From Chloroflexota bacterium (GTDB lineage Bacteria; Chloroflexota; Limnocylindria; Limnocylindrales; CSP1-4): a DNA stretch of 64,000 bases. Location of the stretch: assembly GCA_042408445.1 (NCBI GenBank), contig JBHORC010000024.1, positions 44,092-108,091 on the forward strand, written 5' to 3'. A program made the position numbers and the translations under genes. Positions 1-9,572 of this stretch are shown here, piece by piece. Within the stretch, counting starts at the first letter, position 1. Each line of letters starts with the position of its first letter. Under the pieces are notes generated by a model. It saw nothing but the letters and a program-made list of their open reading frames with translations. It was not told where the DNA came from and did not search any database.

Positions 1-1
1 G

Positions 2-1420
2 CTGCCGGCGGTCGTGGCGTACGGCGGCCAGACGCCGCTGAACCTCGCCGCCCCGCTCGCGGCGTCCGGCGTGCCGCTCCTCGGCAGCAACCTCGAGACA
101 ATCGACCAGGCCGAGGAGCGAACGCGGTTCGCCGCGCTCCTCGACCGGCTCGGCATTCCCCAGCCGGAGGGCGGGATGGCCCACAGCGTCGAGGAGGCCC
201 TGACGCTCGCCGACCGGATCGGCTACCCGGTCATCGTCCGGCCCAGCTTCGTCATCGGCGGGCTCGCGATCGACTTCTGCTACTCATCGGAGGATCTCGT
301 TCGCCAGCTCGCTGCCGCGACGGTCGTCGATCCGGATCGACCGGTCCGGATCGACCGGTATCTCGAGGGCCTGGAGGTCGACGTCGACGCCGTGAGCGAT
401 GGCGACACCGTCCTGATCCCGGGTCTGCTCGAGCACGTCGAGCGGGCCGGGGTCCACAGCGGCGACAGCGTCGGGATGTTCCCGCCGCAGACCGTGAGCG
501 AGGGCGACCAGGACCTGATCGTGTCGACGATGGAGCGGATCGTCCGGGCGCTCGAGGTCCGCGGTCTCTGCAACGCCCAGTTCATCGTCCGCGAGGACGG
601 CGTCTACCTGATCGAGGTCAACCCCCGCGCGTCGCGGACCGTGCCGTTCATGTCGAAGGTCACCGGCGTGCCGATGGTCCAGCTCGCAGTTCGCGTGGCG
701 CTCGGCGACCTTCTCGCGGACCTCGGCTGGCCGAACGGGCTGCTTCCGCCGCCGCCGTTCGTTGCTGTCAAGGCGCCGGCGTTCTCGACGGCAAAGCTGC
801 GGGGCGTCGACCCGTCGGTTGGTCCCGGGATGCAGTCGACAGGCGAAGTGATCGGGATCAGCGAGGACCCCCGCGTTGCGCTGGCCAAAGCCCTGACCGG
901 CGCGGCGCTCGTGCCGCCCCGCGCGGCCGCAGCCGAGGAAGCGCCGATCGCGCTCCTCTCGATCGCCGACCGGGACAAGGCCGAGGTTCCGCGCCTGGGT
1001 GCCGCGCTCCGGACCGCGGGCTACGAGCTCGCGGCGACGGTCGGGACGCGACAGGTCCTCGCGGCGGCCGGCCTCGAGGCGCGACCCGTGGCGAAGCTCG
1101 GGGACGAAGCGGAGGAGGGCCAGGAGGCGATCCTCGAGCTGATTGCCTCCGGCGCGGTCCGGCTCGTCGTCAACACGCCGACGCCGCGCTCGGGCGCGGT
1201 CCGTGACGCCGCCGAGATCCGGCTCGCCGCGACGGCCGAAGGGATCCTCTGCCTCACGGCGATCGAAACGGCGGTTGCGGCGGCGGAGGCGATGAACCCG
1301 GCGATCGCGGCGCGTCTCGCCGACGTCCGCTCGCTCAGCGACTGGGTGCCGGAGCCCGGGGTTCCGCCAGCCTCCCGGGTCTCGCGCACAGAGCCGGGCC
1401 TGCTCCAGCCGGTCGGCTGA
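2..1420 (+). CDS. carB: Carbamoyl-phosphate synthase large subunit, C-terminal portion (5' partial; gene begins upstream of window)
   Basis: ATP-grasp and MGS-like domain motifs (GYPVIVRPSFVIGG, HSGDS, MQSTGEVIG); ORF open to the window edge. Confidence 0.85.
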   Translation: MPAVVAYGGQTPLNLAAPLAASGVPLLGSNLETIDQAEERTRFAALLDRLGIPQPEGGMAHSVEEALTLADRIGYPVIVRPSFVIGGLAIDFCYSSEDLVRQLAAATVVDPDRPVRIDRYLEGLEVDVDAVSDGDTVLIPGLLEHVERAGVHSGDSVGMFPPQTVSEGDQDLIVSTMERIVRALEVRGLCNAQFIVREDGVYLIEVNPRASRTVPFMSKVTGVPMVQLAVRVALGDLLADLGWPNGLLPPPPFVAVKAPAFSTAKLRGVDPSVGPGMQSTGEVIGISEDPRVALAKALTGAALVPPRAAAAEEAPIALLSIADRDKAEVPRLGAALRTAGYELAATVGTRQVLAAAGLEARPVAKLGDEAEEGQEAILELIASGAVRLVVNTPTPRSGAVRDAAEIRLAATAEGILCLTAIETAVAAAEAMNPAIAARLADVRSLSDWVPEPGVPPASRVSRTEPGLLQPVG

Positions 1421-1434
1421 CAGGCGACCCGCAG

Positions 1435-2109
1435 ATGGCCCAGCGTCCGCCTCGTCGACGCGCGTTCGACCTCGTGATCTTCGACTGCGACGGCGTCCTG
1501 GTCGACAGCGAGCGGCTCTCGATCCGCCTCGACGTCGAGGTCCTTCGGGATCTCGGCTGGCCGCTCTCCGAGGAGGAAATCGTCGAGCGCTGGGTCGGCC
1601 GGACGGACGAGGTCATGCGATCCGAGATCGAGGCGCATCTCGGGCGCGACATCCGCGAGGAGTGGGCCGCGTTCGGCGAGCGCTACATCGCCGCCTTCGC
1701 GGCCGAGCTGCAGCCCGTCCCCGGTGTCGCGGAGGCGATCGACGCGATCCAGCAGGCGGGCTACCAGACGTGCGTTGCCTCGAGCGGCGATCTCGCGAAG
1801 ATCCGACGGAACCTCGGGATCACGGGCCTGCTCGACCGGTTCGGCGACCGGCTGGTCAGTGCCGACGACGTCATCCACGGCAAGCCGCATCCGGACCTGT
1901 TCCTGCGGGCGGCCGAGGAGTCCGGCGTCGAGCCGGACCGGGCCGCGGTCGTCGAGGATGCGCGAGCCGGCGTCGAGGCGGCCCGGGCGGCGGGGATGCG
2001 CGTCTTCGCCTATTCCGGGAGCGTGACGCCCGCGGCCGCGCTCGAGGGTCCGGGAACCGTCGTCTTCGGCGACATGCGGGAGCTGCCGGAGCTCATCGCC
2101 CGGGGTTGA
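1435..2109 (+). CDS. HAD-IA family hydrolase (beta-phosphoglucomutase/phosphatase-like)
   Basis: N-terminal DLVIFDCDGVLVDSE HAD motif I; approx. 220 aa. Confidence 0.75.
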   Translation: MAQRPPRRRAFDLVIFDCDGVLVDSERLSIRLDVEVLRDLGWPLSEEEIVERWVGRTDEVMRSEIEAHLGRDIREEWAAFGERYIAAFAAELQPVPGVAEAIDAIQQAGYQTCVASSGDLAKIRRNLGITGLLDRFGDRLVSADDVIHGKPHPDLFLRAAEESGVEPDRAAVVEDARAGVEAARAAGMRVFAYSGSVTPAAALEGPGTVVFGDMRELPELIARG

Positions 2110-3568
2110 CGCCGGGCGGGGCGGCGGCCGTCGTGACCGCCGCCCGGCCCGTCGCCGACGTCGGCGTCTGGACGACGAGCGCCTGGCCGAGCGACCAGAG
2201 GGTGAGGGTCGTGAGCGCGACCATGATCATCGCGAGCGGGATCTGGCGGCGGCGATGGTCCGACGTTGCCCCACGCGCCGCACCGGATTGCCGCGCCGCC
2301 ACGACATGGCCCGCCCACGCGCCCAGCATGTGGCCGCCGACGACCGCGGCCAGCTGGACGGTCCAGACGAGCCCGGGCGGCAGCCAGCTCGACGACGGCT
2401 CGTAGAAGGCCCAGCCAAAGTTGCCGAGATCCGAGCCGAGCTGGAGCGGATCGGCGAGCGCGACGACGATGCGCTGGCCGTCGATCAGGACATACGTGAA
2501 GTAGTGGGCCACGAGGTAGCCGGCCGCGATCGGGATCAGGCCGGCGGCCGTGGCGGGCACGCCCACCAGCCGCGACACGATCAGCGCGGCGAGCACGAGC
2601 AGGCCGAGGAAGCCGAACAGCTGGAGCGTCTTGATCGGGACGGCGGGCGCCCCGAAGATCTCGAACCAGGGCTGGGTCTGCGAGAGTCCGTCGAAGAGGA
2701 TCGATGCCGTCCCGATCCCGACGAGGATCACGTCCTCGCGATGCCAGCCGCCGAGCAGCAGCGCCGACGCGAACGGCCGTCGCGCGACCCGGCCCTCCGC
2801 CGGATCGCCGACGAGGCCGTACGGCGCGAGGCGACCGAGCAGGCCGAACCAGACGCTGAACGTCTCGCCGTCGCGGCGCCAGGCGTCACGACCGAACTGG
2901 GCCATCATCGCGAGCGTGAAGGCGGTGTAGCCGACCATCACGATGAAGAGCGAGCGTGGCCCGGCTCCGTTCCCGACGAGCTCGAGCCAGACGAAGAAGA
3001 CGAGACCGATGATCGCGGGCCACCGGCCGAGCCGCGGCGGGTAGTCGGCCTGCGCCCAGCCTTCGATGCCGAGCCGGTCCAGGACGGCCGCCCCGAGGTC
3101 GTGCAGGGTCGTGAACGGATCCAGCCAGTGCCAGACGGGGCCGACGAACGCGGACAGCATCGCCATCCCGACCCAGCCGTAGACCCACAGGAAGAGTGTC
3201 GTGACGTCCCCGGCGCTCGACCCGCCGACGATTCCCTGGGCGACGACCCAGATCCAGCCGATGAGGCCGATCGCCCGCAGGAGGAGGCGGAGCCAGCGAG
3301 GAGGGACGCGTCCCGCCGGCAGGACGGGCGGCTCGGCGCGAACGTCGGCGACGAGCAGGAACGCGAACGACAACCCGACGGCGATCGCCGCGCCGGCCAG
3401 ATAGACGATCAGCGGCAGCCGACTCTGATAGGTGTTGCTGAGCGAGTGGGCGAGGACGCCGACCGGCGCAGCGAACAGGACCGCGCCGACGACCGGAGCC
3501 GCCAGTGCGATCCGCCGCTGGCGACCCATCGGGCTCACCGCGCTCGTCCCGGGCCGCTCAGGTGGCAC
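2093..3568 (-). CDS. Polytopic integral membrane protein, putative CopD-like partner of CopC
   Basis: More than 10 hydrophobic segments; immediately downstream of and overlapping the CopC gene (operon context). GTG at 3568 or ATG at 3529 as start. Confidence 0.4.
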   Translation of the reverse strand: MPPERPGTSAVSPMGRQRRIALAAPVVGAVLFAAPVGVLAHSLSNTYQSRLPLIVYLAGAAIAVGLSFAFLLVADVRAEPPVLPAGRVPPRWLRLLLRAIGLIGWIWVVAQGIVGGSSAGDVTTLFLWVYGWVGMAMLSAFVGPVWHWLDPFTTLHDLGAAVLDRLGIEGWAQADYPPRLGRWPAIIGLVFFVWLELVGNGAGPRSLFIVMVGYTAFTLAMMAQFGRDAWRRDGETFSVWFGLLGRLAPYGLVGDPAEGRVARRPFASALLLGGWHREDVILVGIGTASILFDGLSQTQPWFEIFGAPAVPIKTLQLFGFLGLLVLAALIVSRLVGVPATAAGLIPIAAGYLVAHYFTYVLIDGQRIVVALADPLQLGSDLGNFGWAFYEPSSSWLPPGLVWTVQLAAVVGGHMLGAWAGHVVAARQSGAARGATSDHRRRQIPLAMIMVALTTLTLWSLGQALVVQTPTSATGRAAVTTAAAPPGVNPGR

Positions 3569-4175
3569 GCCGGCCGCGGCCCCGGAGGAGCCACAGGCCG
3601 AGCAGGGCGAGCGCGATCAGCACGACGACGATCGGGATGACCGCATCGCTCGAGGAGGCCGCTGTCCCGGTCCCACCGGACGGTGCCGGCGACGCCGCCT
3701 CCGAAGCCACAGCCGAGGGCACGGCGCTCGCGTCGAGGCTGGCCGAGGCCGCCGGCGACGGCGCCACCGAGCCTGCAGCCGATGGCGCCGCGCTCGCAGC
3801 CGTGACGGTGAACGTCGTCGTGCCCCGATCGATGTCGCCGTCGTCCGCCGACTTCGAGGTCCAGCGGACCGTGTACGCGCCCGCGGTCAGGACCGGGACC
3901 GTCAGCCGAAGCGTCTTCGCGTCCGCTGCGTCCACGGTTCCGCCCTGGGCCACGACGGCCCCACCTCCCGACACGAGGGCGAGAGAGGTTCCGGACTGGG
4001 ACAGCGTCTCGGTGAAGGTCGCAACGATCTCGGTCGGCGGTGGGCCGCTCGACTTGTCCTTCGGGGTCATCGTTGCGAGCTCTGCGTGCGCCGACGCGAC
4101 GCCGGGCGCGAGCAGGATGGACAGGGTGGCGAACGCCACGGCGGCGACGGATCGCCGCGGTCGTCGGGGGGTCAT
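3558..4175 (-). CDS. copC: CopC-family copper-binding protein with C-terminal membrane anchor
   Basis: Signal peptide MTPRRPRRSVAAVAFATLSILLAPGVASA followed by HAELATMTP. CopC beta-sandwich signature YTVRWTSKSADDGDIDRGTTTFTV. C-terminal TM segment. Start refined to internal ATG (4175) of ORF 3558..4355. Confidence 0.65.
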   Translation of the reverse strand: MTPRRPRRSVAAVAFATLSILLAPGVASAHAELATMTPKDKSSGPPPTEIVATFTETLSQSGTSLALVSGGGAVVAQGGTVDAADAKTLRLTVPVLTAGAYTVRWTSKSADDGDIDRGTTTFTVTAASAAPSAAGSVAPSPAASASLDASAVPSAVASEAASPAPSGGTGTAASSSDAVIPIVVVLIALALLGLWLLRGRGRRAT

Positions 4176-4315
4176 GCCGCCGAGTGTACGTCGGCCCCGA
4201 TTCTGAGAACGTGGAGCGAAGCGGCGGGACCGAGGAAGCGGCCGGGGCGAGCGGGAGAGCCGCCCCGGCCGTCCTCGCGGGTCAAGCGGAGGAGTGGTCG
4301 TCGCGCGGCGACGCG

Positions 4316-4621
4316 CTACGCGGCGCGGGGAAGGGGAGTGGCATCGTCGGGGCACGGCGAATTGCGCGCGTCACTCGCCGTGCTCGAGGCGTTCGCCGGG
4401 ACAGGGTGAGCGGCGGACGGCGCGCCCACGAGGGTTCGGGACGGCCCGGCCACCGCGACGCCGAAGGCCACGAGGAGGAGCCCGAGGCGTCCGCGAGCGC
4501 CGGCCGCCAGGCCCGCCGCGCCGCTCGAGCGTCGCGCTCGCCCGGCGCGGAGCACGGTCGCATCGTCCTCGAGCCGCGCGATGTGATCGGTCACGAGGAA
4601 CCGCTGCATCTCGTTCATGTT
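4316..4621 (-). CDS. Small hypothetical single-TM protein (approx. 101 aa)
   Basis: Strong SD GGAGGA 13 nt upstream of ATG (MNEMQRFLV...). High GC3. One hydrophobic segment LGLLLVAFGVAVAG. Upstream of copC on the same strand. Confidence 0.3.
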   Translation of the reverse strand, partial: NMNEMQRFLVTDHIARLEDDATVLRAGRARRSSGAAGLAAGARGRLGLLLVAFGVAVAGPSRTLVGAPSAAHPVPANASSTASDARNSPCPDDATPLPRAA

Positions 4622-4664
4622 GGCCACCCGTTCCTCCTGCCTGTTCTTCCAGGGTCTGTCTGAT

Positions 4665-4682
4665 GTTCGATGGATATCTAAC
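4665..4682. promoter_or_regulatory. AT-rich 18-bp palindrome GTTCGATGGATATCTAAC (candidate operator) upstream of the small-ORF/copC/copD genes
   Basis: Inverted repeat GTTcGAT-N4-ATCTAAC. Near-identical to the site at 5895. Approx. 40 bp upstream of ATG 4621. Confidence 0.5.
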
Positions 4683-4742
4683 TCGGAGGGCTGAAGATGG
4701 GCCACGGCGCTCGCCGCGGCCCTGAGCCCGACTCGTCGGCTC

Positions 4743-5849
4743 CTATCCGATGAGGAACCGCTTGATCTCGTCCGTCGCGTCGTCCAGCCGGTTGCGACGA
4801 AGGCTGTAGTACATGACCGTCCCGGACTCGGTGATCGTCACGAGCCCGGCTGCCCGGAGCTGGGCGAGGTGGTGCTTGATCGTCGGCTTGGACAGCTCGA
4901 GCTGCTGCGCGATCTCCGTCAGGTACAGGTCCCGCGACGCCAGCAGCTTCAGGATCCGCAGCCGCGTCTCGTCCCCGAGGGCACGGTGCAGGCGGACGAC
5001 GGACTGGGGTGGCGTGAGGGCATCGCTCGGGTCCAGCGCGGAGTCCGCGACGGGGTATCCGAAGAAGCGCCAGTCGCGGCCCGACATCAGGAAGTTGTAC
5101 GGCCGCGAGAAGTACGACGGCCCCAGGATCACCCGGGAGACGCCGCTCTCCGGCAGGTACCGGACGCCGCCCGTCGTCGCCTCGATGAGGTCGCCGGCAC
5201 TCAGCCGCTCGCGGTCAGCCGCGCGGCTCTCGTAGTCGCGCTCGAGGATCTCCAGGACGCGCGGCTCGATCGTCGCGAACGCCCGCTGCCAGGCCCGGAG
5301 CACCGAGAGGATCCGTTCCTTGGCCAGCGGCGGATCGCGGAGGATCTCCGTCCGACCCTTCTTGTTCCACTCCGGCAGCTTCTCCGCGATCTCGTCCGCG
5401 GTCGATGCGTCGCCGGCGATCGCGCGCTCGATCAGGTCGCCCAGCCCGGCAAGGTGATAGTCGTCCGCGAACACCGCAACGAGGAGGTCGTGCGGCGTCG
5501 ACGCCTCGATCAGACCGAGCACATCCGACGACGTCCGGATCTCCGGCCGTTCGACGAGCAGGACCCCGGAGTGGATCGCGAGCTCGGTCTCGAAGAGGTC
5601 CGCGACCGCGCCCCGGATCTCGGGCTCCAGCGCCGCCCGGGTCTCGCTCAGCCATTGGCGGTCGGCGGCCGGCAGGTCGTCCGACGAGCCGGCGTCGCCG
5701 GACAGCGAGAAGACGAAGTCGTAGGCCGTCCGGACATCCCAATCGATCCGGATCGTCGCGTCACCGCGGGTGAGATCGCGGACGATGGCGCGCGGCGGGA
5801 CGTCGGCGGGTCGGGCCGCCGGTCGCCGCACTGTCGGTCGTGCCGCCAT
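4743..5849 (-). CDS. ArsR/SmtB-family transcriptional regulator with approx. 270-aa N-terminal domain of unknown function
   Basis: C-terminal winged HTH LHRALGDETRLRILKLLASRDLYLTEIAQQLELSKPTIKHHLAQLRAAGLV. Confidence 0.7.
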   Translation of the reverse strand: MAARPTVRRPAARPADVPPRAIVRDLTRGDATIRIDWDVRTAYDFVFSLSGDAGSSDDLPAADRQWLSETRAALEPEIRGAVADLFETELAIHSGVLLVERPEIRTSSDVLGLIEASTPHDLLVAVFADDYHLAGLGDLIERAIAGDASTADEIAEKLPEWNKKGRTEILRDPPLAKERILSVLRAWQRAFATIEPRVLEILERDYESRAADRERLSAGDLIEATTGGVRYLPESGVSRVILGPSYFSRPYNFLMSGRDWRFFGYPVADSALDPSDALTPPQSVVRLHRALGDETRLRILKLLASRDLYLTEIAQQLELSKPTIKHHLAQLRAAGLVTITESGTVMYYSLRRNRLDDATDEIKRFLIG

Positions 5850-5894
5850 CGCGTTCCTGCTCCTGTCATCCGGCTGCCCCGTGGCGGCTGCCGT

Positions 5895-5912
5895 GTTAGA
5901 TGGAAATCTAAC
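5895..5912. promoter_or_regulatory. AT-rich 18-bp palindrome GTTAGATGGAAATCTAAC (candidate autoregulatory operator) in divergent promoter region
   Basis: Perfect 7-4-7 inverted repeat, 46 bp upstream of the ArsR-like gene start, in an otherwise GC-rich region. Confidence 0.5.
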
Positions 5913-6041
5913 GAGCGGAAGACGACGACGTCAAGGCCTCGCTGCGCCGAAGCGCACCCTCACGGACGGCGGCTGCCGCGGTCCGTCGCGACTCCGACCT
6001 ACAATCGATGCCCCTGACGTGCCGAGGAGCCGACTCACCTG

Positions 6042-7394
6042 ATGCCCAGCGTCCCGACCGTGTCCTTCACCGACGAGCGCCTTGCGAACGGGCTGCGCCT
6101 GATCATCTCGGTCGATCGGCTCGCGCCCGTTGCCGCGGTGAACCTCTGGTACGACGTCGGCTCGAAGCACGAGGTCCCCGGCAAGACCGGCTTCGCCCAC
6201 CTCTTCGAGCACGTGATGTTCCAGGGCTCGAGAAATGTTGCCAAGGCCGAGCACATGGCGCTCGTCCAGGCCGCCGGCGGGACGCTGAACGGCAGCACCT
6301 GGCTGGATCGGACGAACTACTACGAGACGCTGCCGTCGCACCAGGTCGAGCTTGCGCTGTGGCTCGAGGCGGACCGGATGGGGACGCTCCTCGACGCACT
6401 GAGCCAGGAGAACCTGGACAACCAGCGTGAGGTCGTGAAGAACGAGAAGCGCTGGTCCTACGACAACCGGCCCTACGGGTCGTGGTACGAGAAGCTCCAG
6501 GGGCACCTGTATCCGCCGGAGCATCCGTATCACCACACGACGATCGGCTCCATGGAGGACCTCGACGCGGCCTCGATCGAGGACGTGAGCGCGTTCTTCC
6601 GAACCTGGTACGCGCCGAACAACGCGGTGGTGTCGGTCGTCGGTGACGTGGATCCGGACGAGGTCCGGGGCTGGGCCGAGCGCTACTTCGGGAGCATTCC
6701 GGCGAACCCGGAGATCCCGAAGCTCGGCGATCTCTCGCTCCCGCCGACCCTCGGCGCGGAACGCCGGGAGACGGTCCACGACCAGGTCCCGCTGCCGCGC
6801 GTCTACATCGGGTTCCGGGCGCCGGTGTACGGCGACGTCCGGCTGGACGCGCTCGACATTGCCTCGCAGGTCCTTGCCGGCGGCAAGGGCTCCCGGCTCC
6901 ACCGACGGCTCGTCCGAGACGAGCGGGTCGCTCAGGACGTCGCGCTGGTCGCGCTGGGCTTCGTCGGCGGCGCGTCGATCGTCGCCGGTTGGGCGACCGT
7001 CCGCCCGGGCGTGCCCGTGGACCAGGTCGAGGCCGCCATGCACGAGGAGCTGGCGCGACTCGGCCGGGAGCCGATCAGCGATGACGAGCTGGCCCGCGCC
7101 CGGGCGCTGATCGAGACCGAGGAGCTGGCGGCGCTGTCGCGCGTCGAGGAGCGGGCGGACCGGCTGTCGATGTACGCGACCCTCTTCGACGACCCCGATC
7201 TGATCAACCGGATGCTCGGTCGCTACCTCGCGGTCACGGCCGAGCAGATCCGGTCCGTTGCGGAGGAGGTGTTCCGGCCGGACAACCGGGTCGTCCTGAC
7301 GTATCTGCCCGCTCTGCCACCAGCCGAGACGATGCCCGCGGACGAGGACGCAAGTGCGTCCGCGGCGTCAGCGGGCGAGGAGGTCGCGGCATGA
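6042..7394 (+). CDS. M16 family zinc metallopeptidase (pitrilysin-like, catalytic subunit)
   Basis: Inverted zinc motif HLFEHVMFQGS (HxxEH). GAGGAG SD 12 nt upstream. Confidence 0.85.
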   Translation: MPSVPTVSFTDERLANGLRLIISVDRLAPVAAVNLWYDVGSKHEVPGKTGFAHLFEHVMFQGSRNVAKAEHMALVQAAGGTLNGSTWLDRTNYYETLPSHQVELALWLEADRMGTLLDALSQENLDNQREVVKNEKRWSYDNRPYGSWYEKLQGHLYPPEHPYHHTTIGSMEDLDAASIEDVSAFFRTWYAPNNAVVSVVGDVDPDEVRGWAERYFGSIPANPEIPKLGDLSLPPTLGAERRETVHDQVPLPRVYIGFRAPVYGDVRLDALDIASQVLAGGKGSRLHRRLVRDERVAQDVALVALGFVGGASIVAGWATVRPGVPVDQVEAAMHEELARLGREPISDDELARARALIETEELAALSRVEERADRLSMYATLFDDPDLINRMLGRYLAVTAEQIRSVAEEVFRPDNRVVLTYLPALPPAETMPADEDASASAASAGEEVAA

Positions 7395-8905
7395 GCAGCA
7401 GCGAGGTGCAGGTCGTTGCCGAGCGACCGACGCCGGGGACGCCCCGGCCGTACGAGTTCCCGACGGTCGAACGGTCACGGCTCGCCAACGGCCTGTCGCT
7501 GATCGTCGCCGACCTGCCGGGCCGACCGCTCGTCTCGGCCACGCTCGTGCTCCGCAACGGTGCGGTCGACGAGCCGGATTCGGACGCCGGTGCGACGGTT
7601 CTCGCCGCACGGGCACTGACCGAAGGCACCGAGGAGCGCGACGCGATCGCCCTCATCGAGGCATCCGAGCGGCTCGGGGCGTCGCTCCACGCCGAGGCCG
7701 GCTGGGACGCGATGACGATCGGCATCGACGTACCTGCCGCACGGCTCGAGGCGGCGATGGAGCTCCTCGCGGAGGTCGCGCTGCGGCCGACGTTTCCCGA
7801 GGCCGAGGTGGAGCGCCTGCGCGACGAGCGCCTCAACGACCTGCTGCAGGCCCAGGCCGACCCACGGCGCCGGGCCGAGGAGGCGTTCACCGCCACGATC
7901 TACACCGGCGGATCGCCGTACCACCGTCCGTCCGGCGGGACCCGCGAGACCGTGGAGCGTCTCGATGCCGGCCGGCTGCGGGCGGCGTACCAGCGCGGTC
8001 TCGATCCAGCCCGGGCGTCGCTCGTCGTCGGCGGCGACCTGACCGGCCTCGACGTCCCGGCAATTGCGGATCGACTCCTCGGCAGCTGGGGAGCGATGTT
8101 CGGTGCCGGCGTGAGCGGCAGCATCGTCGCCGAGGGCGCGGTTCGCGAGCGGTTCGTGCGGGTCCTGCACCGTCCAGGCGCCGTGCAGACCGAGATCCGG
8201 ATCGGCCATGTCGGCCTGCCGCGGCGGATCGCCGACTACCACGCGGTCTCGGTGATGAGCGCGATCCTGGGCGGGCTCTTCAACTCGCGGCTCAACACGA
8301 AGCTGCGCGAGGAGAAGGGATACACGTACGGCGCGGGAGCCGGCTTCGATCTGCGCCGCGCACAGGGGCCGTTCGGTGCTCGAGCCGCGGTGAACACCGA
8401 AGTCACGGTCCCGGCGATTCTCGACACGGTCGCCGAGCTCGAGCGGATCCGCTCGGAGCCGGTTGCCCCGTCGGAGCTCGCCGCGGCGCGCGACTTCCTG
8501 ATCGGCGTGTTCCCGCTCCGGTTCGAGACCGCCGGGGCGATCGTCGGGGCGCTCGCGGGTCTCGCGGTCCACGACCTGCCGGACGACGAGCTCGCCCGGT
8601 ACCGATCGGGGATCGAGGCCGTGACCGTCGAGGACGTCCAGGCTGCGGCCGTCGCCCACGTTCGTCCGGACGCCGCCGCGATCGTGCTCGTGGGCGATGT
8701 CGACGCGTTCGGCGCGGAGCTCGAGCAGGCCGGGCTGGGCCGGATCGTGATCGAGCGCGATCCCGGGCCGCAGACCGAGGGCCGGGACGAGGGCGTCCAG
8801 GATGGTCTGGGCCCCGTCGACAAGGGATCGACCGGCCCGACCGAGGGCGCCGAGGGCTCCGACGACGAGGCCGACGCGGCTCCCGCCGGAGACGAGGAGC
8901 GCTAG
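7391..8905 (+). CDS. M16 family peptidase, non-catalytic partner subunit
   Basis: M16-like fold without HxxEH. ATGA start/stop overlap with the upstream M16 gene. Confidence 0.8.
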   Translation: MSSSEVQVVAERPTPGTPRPYEFPTVERSRLANGLSLIVADLPGRPLVSATLVLRNGAVDEPDSDAGATVLAARALTEGTEERDAIALIEASERLGASLHAEAGWDAMTIGIDVPAARLEAAMELLAEVALRPTFPEAEVERLRDERLNDLLQAQADPRRRAEEAFTATIYTGGSPYHRPSGGTRETVERLDAGRLRAAYQRGLDPARASLVVGGDLTGLDVPAIADRLLGSWGAMFGAGVSGSIVAEGAVRERFVRVLHRPGAVQTEIRIGHVGLPRRIADYHAVSVMSAILGGLFNSRLNTKLREEKGYTYGAGAGFDLRRAQGPFGARAAVNTEVTVPAILDTVAELERIRSEPVAPSELAAARDFLIGVFPLRFETAGAIVGALAGLAVHDLPDDELARYRSGIEAVTVEDVQAAAVAHVRPDAAAIVLVGDVDAFGAELEQAGLGRIVIERDPGPQTEGRDEGVQDGLGPVDKGSTGPTEGAEGSDDEADAAPAGDEER

Positions 8906-9014
8906 CCGCGGCCTTCGAGGTCCGGTTCGCGCCCGCTGAAACCTTTTCGCCGCCCCCTGTCTCAGGGTGGTGATGGGTCGACACACGTCGGCCGCCCAGC
9001 CGGGGACACCACGC

Positions 9015-9530
9015 ATGCCTGTGAAGCACCGCCTCGCCCGAGCCCTCGCCGGATCCGCCGTCGCCCTCTTCCTCGTCGGAGGCGCGGTGTTCGGCGCGAA
9101 TGGCCTCCGTCCGTCGAGCACGACCGTCGACGCGACCCTCGCCAGCGACCCGACCTCGGACCCGGCGTCGACGACGGATCCGATCGAGACGGCCGAGCCC
9201 GACAAGACCGCCGAGGCCCTCGAGACCGCTGAGCCCGCCGAGACGGCCGAACCGAGCGAGAGCGCCGAGCCGAGCGAGAGCGCGGAGCCAGGCGACGACA
9301 ACGGCGTCGACGGCGCGGATCATGACGCCGGCGACGACCATGCCACCTCGCGACCGCGCGAGACCGTAGAGCCCGCCGAGTCGGAAGGGTCCGACCATCG
9401 CGGCAGCCACGACGGCGCCGGAGCCTCGGACGACTCGGGCCACGATTCGGGCGACGACTCCGGCCACGGCTCGGACGACTCGGGCCACGGCTCGGACGAC
9501 TCCGGATCGGGCTCCGGGACCAACGGCTGA
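9015..9530 (+). CDS. Secreted acidic low-complexity protein with TAEP and DDSGHGS repeats
   Basis: Signal peptide MPVKHRLARALAGSAVALFLVGGAVFGANG (start refined from ORF 8967). Remainder is Asp/Glu/Ser/His-rich repeats. Confidence 0.45.
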   Translation: MPVKHRLARALAGSAVALFLVGGAVFGANGLRPSSTTVDATLASDPTSDPASTTDPIETAEPDKTAEALETAEPAETAEPSESAEPSESAEPGDDNGVDGADHDAGDDHATSRPRETVEPAESEGSDHRGSHDGAGASDDSGHDSGDDSGHGSDDSGHGSDDSGSGSGTNG

Positions 9531-9572
9531 CGACCGGCCGAACCAACGGCTGCGGCCGCGACGAATGGAACC

